A stretch of 64,000 nucleotides of DNA from assembly GCA_963758635.1 (NCBI GenBank), contig CAVWWD010000008.1:768001-832000 (forward strand), given 5' to 3'. Position numbers and translations under genes: made by a program. This stretch comes from an uncultured Candidatus Rokubacteria bacterium (lineage in GTDB: Bacteria > Methylomirabilota > Methylomirabilia > Rokubacteriales > CSP1-6). The notes under the pieces were generated by a model. It was not told where the DNA came from. It did no database searches and saw only the letters and a program-made list of their open reading frames with translations. The first letter of the stretch is position 1, and each line of letters opens with the position of its first letter. Below are positions 52,329-61,707 of the stretch, one piece after another.

Positions 52329-53579
52329 TCAGCGCGGGTACCGCTCGCCGAACGCGACGAGCGCGGCCAGGAACGGGTCCACGGGGGGCGTGGCGATGCC
52401 CGCGCCGATCATGCGGGGCGCGGCCCGGTGGACGATCGCGGTGTTGATGGCGGGCACGATCCCGGTCCGCGCGACCTTCCTGATGTCGATCCCCGTGGGC
52501 GTGCCCTGGCCGCCCAGCGGCGCGATCGGGAAGAGCGGGTTCGCGCCGGCGCAGATCTCGGCCATGCGCCGGGTGGTGGCCACGGCGTCGTCGAACGACC
52601 CCGCGCCGACGATCCGCTGGACGGCGGGCGAGGCGGCCATGGCCATGCCGCCCAGGCCGTAGGTCTCCATGATGGCCGAGTCGCCGGTGTCGAGGTTGGC
52701 GTCGGCGGCGCCGAAGCCCGGGAAGTAGAGTCCGGCGACCGCGCTGGCGGGGCCGGTGAACCAGCGATCGCCGAGCCCGGCCACCCGGATCCCGAACTCC
52801 ACGCCGTTGCGCGCCATCGTCGACACGATCGTGGACCCCTCGAGGCCGTCTATCGATCGTGCGGCAGCCTTGGCCGCGCACATCGACCACGCGAGGAAGA
52901 ACTGATCGTTGTCACGCGTCACGAGCCGCATGATCGGCTCGAGCCGTGCTCCGTCCGGCACCGCGCTCACCAGCGGGGCGGCGAGCTGTCGGGCGAGGAG
53001 TCCCGTCGCCGCGGCGTTGCGCATGTGCATCTCGTCGCCCATGCCGAGGGCCTGGGCCATCAGGCTGGCCAGGTCGATGGGGCCGGTGCGCTCGAGCACC
53101 GCCGAGAACGCCGGCGCCACCACGTCGCGGATCCACGCGAGGCCGGCGAGGGTCTCGGGCCCGTGCGCGCCGAAGCGGAGCTGGTGTCCCCACGGCCCGT
53201 CGGCGATGAAGCTCCCGGTCGCGGTCCCGTTCACCGCGTCCTCGACGACCAGGAGGGGCGTGGCCGGCGAGATCACGCCGGCCATGGGGCCGACGGCGCC
53301 CAGCGAATGGCACGGCGCGAAGTCGATCTCTCCCGAGCCGGCGAGCGCCTGCGCGTCGTCCGCGGTCCTGGCCCAGCCCTCGAAGAGGATGGCGGCGGTC
53401 ACCGCCCCGCGCATCGGCCCGCACATGCGCTCCCAGGCGATCGGCGGGCCGGCGTGGAGCAGGCGGCGCCCGGTGAGCCCCAGCGCCTCGCCGGCCGGCC
53501 GGACCGCGGTCCACGCGGGGCGAGCGCGCACGAGGCGGTCCACGGCCTCACGGTTCGCGGCGGCGATGTCGACGGTCAT
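52329..53579 (-). CDS. ylbE: DUF1116 (YlbE/YahG) family protein
   Basis: LLHAGPPI, GAVGPMAG, MGDEMH.RN, MARNG..FGI, GDSAI.ET.G.GG, INTAI.H. Confidence 0.9.
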   Translation of the reverse strand: MTVDIAAANREAVDRLVRARPAWTAVRPAGEALGLTGRRLLHAGPPIAWERMCGPMRGAVTAAILFEGWARTADDAQALAGSGEIDFAPCHSLGAVGPMAGVISPATPLLVVEDAVNGTATGSFIADGPWGHQLRFGAHGPETLAGLAWIRDVVAPAFSAVLERTGPIDLASLMAQALGMGDEMHMRNAAATGLLARQLAAPLVSAVPDGARLEPIMRLVTRDNDQFFLAWSMCAAKAAARSIDGLEGSTIVSTMARNGVEFGIRVAGLGDRWFTGPASAVAGLYFPGFGAADANLDTGDSAIMETYGLGGMAMAASPAVQRIVGAGSFDDAVATTRRMAEICAGANPLFPIAPLGGQGTPTGIDIRKVARTGIVPAINTAIVHRAAPRMIGAGIATPPVDPFLAALVAFGERYPR

Positions 53580-53696
53580 GATCGTTCGGGCCGTAGGATG
53601 CGCGACGGCCGGGGGCATTGTAGAGGAAGCGGAAATGCGCCGGGAGACTTTGTGGCGGTGGTGGTCCTCGGGCGCCTCCGCTATACTGCCGCGGCC

Positions 53697-55251
53697 ATGA
53701 GCGGATCTCTTGCCCTCGCCCTCCGGGGGATCAGCAAGGCCTTCCCCGGTGTCGTCGCCAACGATCGCATCGACCTGGACGTGCACGCGGGCGAGGTGCA
53801 CGCGCTCGTCGGTGAGAACGGCGCGGGGAAGAGCACGCTGATGAAGATCGTGTACGGGTATCTGCGCGCCGACGCGGGAGAGATACGTGTCGATGGCGCC
53901 CCGGTCTCGATCCGCTCGCCCGGGGACGCGAGGCGGCTCGGCATCGGCATGGTGTTCCAGGACTTCGTCCAGGTGCCCGCGTTCAGCGTGGCCGACAACA
54001 TCGCGCTGTTCCTTCCGGACCTGCCGTGGGCGCTCGACGCGCGGGCGCTGGCCGCGCGCATCGAGGCCACGTCCGAGCGCTACGGCCTGCGCGTCGATCC
54101 CGCGGCGCCGCTCGGGCGTCTGTCGATCGGGGAGCGCCAGCGCGTCGAGATCGTGAAGCTGCTGCTCGCCGAGGCGCGGCTCCTCATCCTGGACGAGCCC
54201 ACGCGCAGCCTGGCGCCGCACGAGGTGGACAGCCTGTTCCGCGTGTTCGCGGGCCTGCGCGCCGACGGGTACGCGGTCGTCTTCATCACCCACAAGATGC
54301 CCGAGGTGCTGGCCTGCGCCGATCGCATCACGGTGCTGCGCCGCGGGCGGGTGACGGGCACGCTGGGGCGGGCCGAGGCCACCGCGGCGGGTCTGGTCTC
54401 GCTGATGTTCGGCGAGACCCTCGGCGAGCCGGCGGCCGCTCGCACGGCCGCGCCGTCTCCGCGCGCCGGCGCGCCGCTTCTCGAGCTGCGTGGGGTGAGC
54501 ACCCGAGCCGAAGGCCGAGAGACCGCGCTCGCCGCCGTGGACCTCGCCGTGCGGGCGGGCGAGGTCGTCGGCGTCGCCGGCGTGGCGGGCAACGGGCAGC
54601 GCGAGCTCGGGGACCTGGTGCTGGGCCTCACGTCGTGCGCCGACGGGGTCGAAGCGGCTTGGCGGAGATGACGCCACCGGCTGGTCGGTGGCGCGCGTCC
54701 GGGCGGCCGGCGTGGCGTTCGTGCCCGAGGATGCCTCCGAGATGGGCGCGGTGCCCGGTCTGACGCTCCTCGAGAACATGATGCTGGGCGACACGCGGAA
54801 GTACGCGCGCCGGGGCGGCCTCGCTCTGGACTCGGCCCGCGCCCGGGCGGACCTCGCCGGCTCGCTCGCCCGGCTCGGCGTGACGCTGCCGTCGCTCGAC
54901 CTCCGCGCCGGGGCGCTCTCCGGCGGCAACGTCCAGCGCCTGATCCTCGCCCGCGAGATGGCCCGGGAGCCGCGGCTCATCGTGGCCTTCTATCCGACGC
55001 GCGGCCTGGACGTGAGGAGCGCGGCGGCGGCGCGGGCCTTTCTGGCCGCGCGCCGCGACGCGGGCGCGGGCGTGCTGCTGATCTCCGAGGACCTGGACGA
55101 GCTCTGCGCCCTGAGCGACCGGCTCGTCGTGCTGTCACGCGGGCGCATCGCCGGCGCCGGCACGCCGGAGACGTTGACCGTCGAGGAGATCGGCTACCTG
55201 ATGACGGGCACCCGCGAGCGGGATGAGCGAGGCGCGGGCGTCGGCGCCTGA
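53697..55251 (+). CDS. Nucleoside/sugar (CUT2) ABC ATP-binding protein (frameshift at ~54650)
   Basis: GENGAGKS, ILDEPT, ITHK, GVAGNGQ; second half LSGGNVQR, PTRGLD, ISEDLDE. Confidence 0.9.
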
Positions 55252-56275
55252 CCCCGTCCGCCGGCGGGCCGCCCGCGGGCTCGCCGGCCTCGGGCGCGCC
55301 GCCGGTCTCTCCGCCGTCGCGCTCGCGGTGTTCGCCGCGGTGCTGGTCGTGTTCGGCAAGGATCCCGTCAAGGCCTACGTCGACGTCCTCTCGAGCACGC
55401 TCGGGAGCGGGTACGGCGTGTCCGAGACGGTCGTCAAGATGATCCCACTCGTCCTGACCGCGGTGGCGGTGGCGGTGCCGGGCCGGGTGTGGCTGATCAA
55501 CGTCGGCGGCGAGGGCCAGCTCTTCGTCGGAGCCCTCGCCGCGACGTGGGTGGCGCTCGGCCTGCACGGGCTGTCCGCGTGGATCGTGCTACCGTGCATG
55601 GCCGCCATGGGCTTCGCGGGCGGGGGCCTGTGGGCGGCCCTGGCGGGGTGGCTGCGGGCGCGCGGCTGGGTCAGCGAGACCATCTCGACGCTGCTGCTGA
55701 ACTACGTGGCGATCCTGCTCGTGAACTTCTTCGTCTTCGGCCCGTGGAAGGACCCCGAAGGGGTGAACTACCCGCAGACGGCGGAGTTCGCGCCCGGCGC
55801 GGTGCTGCCCACGCTCGGCGGGACGCGCGTGCATCTCGGCCTGGCCTTCGCCATCCTTGCCGTCGCCGCGTTCGCCTTCGTGCTCGCGAGGACGCGCTGG
55901 GGTCTGGAGATGCGAGCGATGGGCGGCAACGCCGAGGCGGCGCGGCGCGCGGGCATCCCCGTCGGCCGGTACGTGGTGGCGCTCATGTTCCTGGGCGGCG
56001 GCCTGGCCGGCCTCGCGGGGATGGCCGAGGTGTCGGCGATCCAGGGGCGGCTCAGGCCCAGCCTGTCCCCGGGCTACGGCTACACGGGCTTCCTCGTGAG
56101 CTGGATGGCGGGTGGGCATCCGCTCGGCATCCTGGGCGCGGCCTTCCTGCTCGCCGTGGTCACCGCGGGAGGAGACATTCTCCAGATGTCGCAGGCGGTG
56201 CCCGGCTCGGTCGTGAACATCCTGATGGCCGTCATCCTGTTCGTCGTGCTCGGCCGCAGGACGGCCTGGCGCTGA
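55223..56275 (+). CDS. Nucleoside ABC permease
   Basis: INVGGEGQ, ISTLLLNY, TRWGLEMRAMG.N, GYGYTG. Confidence 0.9.
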   Translation: MSEARASAPDPVRRRAARGLAGLGRAAGLSAVALAVFAAVLVVFGKDPVKAYVDVLSSTLGSGYGVSETVVKMIPLVLTAVAVAVPGRVWLINVGGEGQLFVGALAATWVALGLHGLSAWIVLPCMAAMGFAGGGLWAALAGWLRARGWVSETISTLLLNYVAILLVNFFVFGPWKDPEGVNYPQTAEFAPGAVLPTLGGTRVHLGLAFAILAVAAFAFVLARTRWGLEMRAMGGNAEAARRAGIPVGRYVVALMFLGGGLAGLAGMAEVSAIQGRLRPSLSPGYGYTGFLVSWMAGGHPLGILGAAFLLAVVTAGGDILQMSQAVPGSVVNILMAVILFVVLGRRTAWR

Positions 56276-57189
56276 TGGCGGCCCTCATCCGGAGCCTGCT
56301 TGCCGGCGCCGCCGTCTCCGGCGCCCCGCTCCTCTACGCGACGCTCGCCGAGCTGGTCAGCGAGCGCGCGGGCATCGTGAACCTCGGGCTGGAAGGCGTC
56401 ATGCTGATGGGCGCGGTCACGGGCTTCGCCGTCACCGCGAGCACGGGATCGTCGGCCCTCGGCGTGCTCGCCGCGGCGGCCGCCGGCGCCGCGTTCAACA
56501 TGATCTTCGCGTACCTGGTCGTGGGCCGGCGGGCCAACCAGCTCGCGAGCGGGCTGGCCCTCATGTTCTGCGGCGTGGGGCTCTCCGCGCTCGTGGGGGC
56601 GCCGTACGTGGGCCGCCAGATCGCAGGCCTGCCCGAGCTGCCGGTGCCGGTGCTCTCCGCCGTGCCCGTGATCGGCCCCGCCCTCTTCACCCACGACGCG
56701 CTGGTCTACGGGGCGGTGCCCGCGGCCCTGCTGCTCCACTGGCTGCTCTTCTCGACGCGCTGGGGGCTCGGGCTGCGCGCGGTCGGGGAGAACCCCGCGG
56801 CCGCGTTCGCCGCCGGACGCAGTCCATGGGCCGTCCAGTACCAGGCGCTCGCCATCGCGGGGATGCTCGGGGGCATCGCCGGCGCCTCGCTCTCCGTCGG
56901 GATCGCCCGGGCGTGGGCCGAGTGGATGACGGCGGGACGCGGGTTCATCGCGGTGGCGCTGGTGATCTTCGCCAAGTGGCAGCCCCTTCGCGCCATCGGC
57001 GGCGCGCTCCTGTTCGGAGGCGCCATCTCGCTGCAGCTCCAGCTCCAGGCGCGCGGGCTGCCGGTCTCGCCGTTCCTCCTCGACATGCTGCCGTATCTTC
57101 TGAGCCTGGCCGTGCTGATCGGGTGGGGCGGCGCGCGGCGGCACGCCGCGCCCGGGAGCCTGGGCCGGGTCTTCCAGGGCACGCCGTAG
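56275..57189 (+). CDS. Nucleoside ABC permease
   Basis: SERAGIVNLGLEG, RAVGENP, AGRGFIAVA, LPYL; TGATG coupling. Confidence 0.9.
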   Translation: MAALIRSLLAGAAVSGAPLLYATLAELVSERAGIVNLGLEGVMLMGAVTGFAVTASTGSSALGVLAAAAAGAAFNMIFAYLVVGRRANQLASGLALMFCGVGLSALVGAPYVGRQIAGLPELPVPVLSAVPVIGPALFTHDALVYGAVPAALLLHWLLFSTRWGLGLRAVGENPAAAFAAGRSPWAVQYQALAIAGMLGGIAGASLSVGIARAWAEWMTAGRGFIAVALVIFAKWQPLRAIGGALLFGGAISLQLQLQARGLPVSPFLLDMLPYLLSLAVLIGWGGARRHAAPGSLGRVFQGTP

Positions 57190-57301
57190 GGATGCGTCCC
57201 GGCGGCACGCGACGCGTGTGCACGGAGAAGCGCGATGTTGGCGCGCGCGCCGGCGTCGAGTTCTGCATTTGTGTCACAACATGGAGGCAAGGAGCCACGT
57301 C

Positions 57302-58381
57302 ATGAACGCGACGAGAGCGCTGGCGGCACTGCTGAGCGGGGTCCTCCTGCTGTCCGCTGCCGGGTCCCCCGCCACGGCGGCCGGGCTCAAGGTGGGAGTC
57401 GTGCACATCGGATCCGTCGCGGACGGCGGATACAACCAGGCCCACGCCGAGGGCATCCAGGCCATGAAGCGCAACGTGCCGGGCGTGGAGGTCATCACGG
57501 TCGAGAACGTCCCCGAGGGCGCGGACGCCGAGCGCGTGATGGAGAACATGATCAAGCAGGGGGCGACCCTGATCTTCGCGGCCAGCTTCGGCTACCTCGA
57601 GCCCGCGCTGCGTGTCGCCGCCCGGTACCCGGAGGTGAAGTTCGTCCACCCCGGCGGCTACAAGCGCGCGCCCAACCTGACGACGTACTGGGCGAGCACG
57701 CCCGAGGCCTTCTACCTGATGGGCGTGGCCGCGGGCAAGACGACGAAGACGAACAAGCTGGGGTACGTGGTGGCGCTGCCCATCAGCTTCTTCCTCGCCA
57801 ACGTGAACGCGTTCCAGCTCGGCGCGCGCTCGGTGAACCCGAAGGCCGAGACGCGCGTCGTCTTCACGGGCGGATTCATGGACCCCGCCAAGGAAGCGGC
57901 CGCGGCGAGCGCGCTCCTGGACCAGGGCGTGGACGTGCTCGGGGTCATCGTGGACTCGCCGGTCACCGTGGTCCAGACCGCGGAGAAGCGCGGCGCGTAC
58001 TCGGTGGGGTTCCACTACGTCGGCGCCCAGAAGTTCGCGCCGAAGGGATGGGTCAGCGGCGTCGCGTTCACGTGGGGCAACCTCTACACGACGTTCGCGA
58101 CGCAGGTCATGGAAGGCCGCTTCAAGAGCGAGAACATCCTGGGCTCGCTCGCCGACGACTTCCTGACCATCGCGCCGTTCGGCCCCGCCGTGCCCCCGGA
58201 CGCGGCGCAGCTCGTCGCCACCGCCCGCCAGGAGCTCGTGTCCGGCAAGCGCCAGCCCTTCGTGGGACCGCTCAAGGACAACCGCGGCGCCGAGCGGGTG
58301 AAGGCGGGCGAGACCTTCCCGCTCACCGACCTCCGCAAGATGGACTGGCTCGTCGAGGGCGTGGTCGGCCAGCCGCGCTGA
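57302..58381 (+). CDS. BMP family ABC substrate-binding protein
   Basis: DGGYNQAH, ENVPE, ASFGY, GARSVNP, WLVEGV. Confidence 0.92.
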   Translation: MNATRALAALLSGVLLLSAAGSPATAAGLKVGVVHIGSVADGGYNQAHAEGIQAMKRNVPGVEVITVENVPEGADAERVMENMIKQGATLIFAASFGYLEPALRVAARYPEVKFVHPGGYKRAPNLTTYWASTPEAFYLMGVAAGKTTKTNKLGYVVALPISFFLANVNAFQLGARSVNPKAETRVVFTGGFMDPAKEAAAASALLDQGVDVLGVIVDSPVTVVQTAEKRGAYSVGFHYVGAQKFAPKGWVSGVAFTWGNLYTTFATQVMEGRFKSENILGSLADDFLTIAPFGPAVPPDAAQLVATARQELVSGKRQPFVGPLKDNRGAERVKAGETFPLTDLRKMDWLVEGVVGQPR

Positions 58382-58389
58382 CGGCCGGG

Positions 58390-59607
58390 CTATCCGGCGG
58401 GCGAGCCCCGCGCATCAGACCCAGGCCGAGCGGTGGGATTGTAGAGGCCCGTGTCGGTTAGCGTGCCCTGCGAGGGTCTTTGGCCCGCGGCGCCCGGGCG
58501 GTCGAAGCGGAGGCGGCGCCACAGCTCGGGCCGGGCGTCGCGGCCGAGGGCGAGACGGGCGAGCACGTCACCGATCATCGGCGAGAGCGCGAAGCCGTGG
58601 CCGGAGAAGCCCGCGGCGACGAAGAGCCCGTCGATGCCGGGAACGGGCCCCAGCACCGGAACCTCGTCGGGGGTGAACGCCTCGAGCCCGGCCCAGCCCC
58701 GGGCGAACGCGACGCCCGCGACGGACGGGTACACCTCCCGAGCGGTCGCCAGGCTCGAGTCCACGCTGTCCGGGATCAGCTCCCAGCCGTTGGCCGACAG
58801 GTTCACGACGCGCGCGGGCCAGCCGCCGCCGATCAGGTACGCGCCGGAGTCGAGCTGCTTGAAGCTCAGCTTCCGGCCGAAGGCGCCCAGCACCGGCTGG
58901 AGCGCGGCGCGCGCCGTCGCCGTGAGGAGCATCTGGAGCGGGCGCGTCTCCAGGCGGAGTCCGATCTCGGCGCTCGCCAGCAGCCCGGCAGTCCAGACGC
59001 CGGCGGCCACGATGGCGACATCGCACCCCTGGACGGCGCCGTCGCTGCGCCGGATGCCGGTGAGACGCCCGCCGGTGACGACGAGGGCGTCCGCGCCCAC
59101 GCCTTCCTCGATGCGTGCCCGCTCGCGCAGGGCCGCGATGCCGAACGCGCGCACGGTCCCCATCGCGTCGGCCTGGCCGTCGATCGGCGAGTAGACGCCG
59201 CCGAGGCATGCCGGCGTCACGCCGGGCGCGAGCTGGCGGGCCGAGGGGGCGTCCACGACCTCGAGGGTGACGCCATCCTTCGCCTGCTCCGCGACCCACC
59301 CCGGCGCCTCTCGCCACGCGTCGTCGTCCAGCGCCACGCGCAGCCCCCCGCCCCTCCGGTACTCGGTCGGGTGTCCCAGCTCCCGCGAGAGGTCCGGCCA
59401 TCGGTCGAGGCTGGCGAGGGCCAGGGCGCGCTCGGCGGGGTCACGGCCCATCACGCGTACGCCGGCCGCGCTGGCGCCCGATGCGGCGGCGCCGATCTGT
59501 TCGCGCTCGAGCACGGTGACCTGCACGCTCGGGTCCTCACGGCGGATGTGCCAGGCCGTGCTGAGGCCCATCAGCCCGCCGCCCACGATGACCACGGAGA
59601 TCGGCAC
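58390..59607 (-). CDS. FAD-dependent oxidoreductase (DAO/sarcosine oxidase beta-like)
   Basis: VVIVGGGLMG, GASAAG, TPDEVPVLG, GFSGHGF. Confidence 0.9.
   Translation of the reverse strand: MPISVVIVGGGLMGLSTAWHIRREDPSVQVTVLEREQIGAAASGASAAGVRVMGRDPAERALALASLDRWPDLSRELGHPTEYRRGGGLRVALDDDAWREAPGWVAEQAKDGVTLEVVDAPSARQLAPGVTPACLGGVYSPIDGQADAMGTVRAFGIAALRERARIEEGVGADALVVTGGRLTGIRRSDGAVQGCDVAIVAAGVWTAGLLASAEIGLRLETRPLQMLLTATARAALQPVLGAFGRKLSFKQLDSGAYLIGGGWPARVVNLSANGWELIPDSVDSSLATAREVYPSVAGVAFARGWAGLEAFTPDEVPVLGPVPGIDGLFVAAGFSGHGFALSPMIGDVLARLALGRDARPELWRRLRFDRPGAAGQRPSQGTLTDTGLYNPTARPGSDARGSPAG
58403..58478 (+). repeat. Repeat family R1, copy 4 (more diverged)
   Basis: GAGCCCCGCGCATCAGACCCAGGCCGAGCGGTGGGATTGTAGAGGCCCGTGTCGGTTAGCGTGCCCTGCGAGGGTC. 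Confidence 0.88.
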
Positions 59608-59734
59608 CCGAGTCCCCTCGCCCCCGTATAGCACACCGAGCCTGGGCTGGTCCCGCCGCGCGTGGAATAATGCGGCCAACGGCCGAGGGGCGACCGGGAA
59701 GGGGTCCCGCCGTCCGCCGGTCCGGGAGGCGACC

Positions 59735-60739
59735 ATGGACAGACGCCACGGGCTCGGCCGGCGGGAGTTCCTGCGGGGGATGCGCGCGCTGGGCGTGGCG
59801 GCGGTCCCCGTCCTGGCGACGACGATCTCAACGTCCCCGGCTCGGTCGAGCGGCGGGGCAGGAGGATCTTCAATGAAGACGGCGTACGATCCGGCGGCGA
59901 AGTTCGAGCTGAAGGTGAGCGAGGTCGAGTTCCGGCGTGCGGTGAGCGGGCGCATGCTGATGGCCCGGATCTACCAGCCGCAGGGCGTGGGACCGTTCCC
60001 CGTGATCCTCGACCTCCACGGCGGCGCCTGGAACGGAAAGGACCGCACGGCGAACGAGCCCATGGACCGGGCGGTGGCGGCGAGCGGCGTGCTCGTGGTG
60101 GCCATCGACCTCACGCTCGCCCCGGAGGCGCCGTATCCCGCGTCCGTCCAGGACGGCAACTTCGGGGTGCGCTGGCTCAAGTCACGGGCGGCCGAGTGGA
60201 ACGGCGACCCGGGCGGGCTGGGGCTCATCGGCAGCTCGAGCGGCGGTCACGTGGCCCAGCTCCTCGCCATGCGCCCGCGCGACGCGCGCTACAACGCGCT
60301 GTCGGTGCCCGCGCATCCCGCGGTGGACGCGACGGTGGCATACGTCGCCACGCGGTCGCCGATCAGCGACACGCAGGCGCGCTTCCAGCAGGCGGAGAAG
60401 ATGAGCCGCGAGGGGATGATCAAGAGCAACCGGACGTACTTCCACCCGTGGGAGAGCATCGTCGAGGCCAACCCGCAGGGCATCCTCGACCGCCGCGAGC
60501 CGGTGTCGCTGCCGCCGCTCCTGATCATGCAGGGGGCCCTCGACGACAACGTGCTGCCCGCCGTGCAGGAGAAGTTCGCCGCGTCCTACCGCGCCGCGGG
60601 CGGGCAGTGCGACCTCACGATCTTCGAAGGGTGCGAGCACGAGTGGGTGGCGAAGCCGGGTCTCCAGACCGATCGCGCCCACGAGATGGTGAAGGCCTTC
60701 GTCGCGCGGAACCTGGCCGCGGCGCGGCGCGCGTCGTAA
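59735..60739 (+). CDS. Tat-exported alpha/beta hydrolase (HSL-like)
   Basis: GRREFL twin-arginine motif; LHGGAW, GSSSGGH, DDNV, HEW. Confidence 0.85.
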   Translation: MDRRHGLGRREFLRGMRALGVAAVPVLATTISTSPARSSGGAGGSSMKTAYDPAAKFELKVSEVEFRRAVSGRMLMARIYQPQGVGPFPVILDLHGGAWNGKDRTANEPMDRAVAASGVLVVAIDLTLAPEAPYPASVQDGNFGVRWLKSRAAEWNGDPGGLGLIGSSSGGHVAQLLAMRPRDARYNALSVPAHPAVDATVAYVATRSPISDTQARFQQAEKMSREGMIKSNRTYFHPWESIVEANPQGILDRREPVSLPPLLIMQGALDDNVLPAVQEKFAASYRAAGGQCDLTIFEGCEHEWVAKPGLQTDRAHEMVKAFVARNLAAARRAS

Positions 60740-60766
60740 GGCCGGCCCTCGCGCCGGCCCGGGCGT

Positions 60767-61273
60767 CTACTCCAGGGGGCGGCCGAACCGCTCGAGGTGC
60801 GCCACCTCGCGGAGCGACTTGCGCCGCTTCTTGCCGCGACCCACCGGCCGCGCCGGGTAGCCGAACGGAAGGATCGCCAGCACCTCCAGGTCGGCCGGGA
60901 TGCCGAGCACGCCCTTGACCCCGTCGAGCCCGCCGAAGCCCACCCAGTTCGAGCCGACGCCGTCGGCCCATGCCGCGAGCAGCATGGACTGGATGGCCCG
61001 GCTCGCGTCGGAGACGGCGAAGCGGCTCTTGCTGGTCGCGACGACGACGGCGAGCGGCGCCTCGGCGACGTAGCGGCCGCTCGAGGCCAGCCCACCCAGC
61101 GTGCGGAGGGTCTCGCGGTCGCGGACCACGATGAAGTGCCAGGGCTGTCCGTTCATGCCGCTGCCGGTGAGGCGGCCCGCCTCCACGATGCGGCGGGTCA
61201 CGTCGTCGGGCACCGGAGTGTTCCGATAGCTGCGCACGGCCAGGAGCGTGCGGATCGCCTCGAAGACATTCAT
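60767..61273 (-). CDS. Nitroreductase family protein
   Basis: AVRSY, NGQPWHFIVV, GVGSNW, GYP. Confidence 0.92.
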   Translation of the reverse strand: MNVFEAIRTLLAVRSYRNTPVPDDVTRRIVEAGRLTGSGMNGQPWHFIVVRDRETLRTLGGLASSGRYVAEAPLAVVVATSKSRFAVSDASRAIQSMLLAAWADGVGSNWVGFGGLDGVKGVLGIPADLEVLAILPFGYPARPVGRGKKRRKSLREVAHLERFGRPLE

Positions 61274-61365
61274 GGATGCTTACCTGCTATTCTTACGGGC
61301 CAATGAGCTCCGGCGCAAGATCCGCGGTCGGTCCGTGCTGCTGATCGCGGAGAGTTGGTGGGCCA

Positions 61366-61707
61366 GCTTTCCCTCGTCGTAGCCGCGCCCGGTGTAGGTG
61401 ATGGGGATCTCGTAGACGCGGTAGCCGCGCCGGAAGAGCTTCAGCGTCACCTCCACCTCGAAGTCGAACGAGGACGATTGCAGATCCAGGTCACGCAGCG
61501 CCGCCGTCCGGATGACCTTGAAGCCCAGAACGGCGGGTACACGACGTTCAAGCCGCCCGCGTAGATGGGCTCGCCGGCGAGGAGGCGCCGGCCCTGCTCC
61601 CAGTGGCGGGGGAAGTCGCCGCGCGGGCCGACGACGATCAGGATCCACTCGACGGTGAGCCACGTGGCTCCCACGAGGATGGGGAGCCAGCGTCGCCGGC
61701 GACTCAC
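61366..61707 (-). pseudogene. Chimeric relic: GT87-like N-terminus joined to a GT2 C-terminal fragment
   Basis: VSRRRRWLP..GDF..GEPIY..YPPFWA (61707-61525), then GFKVIR..FDFEVE..EIPITYTGRGYDEGK (61526-61366) in another frame. Confidence 0.65.
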
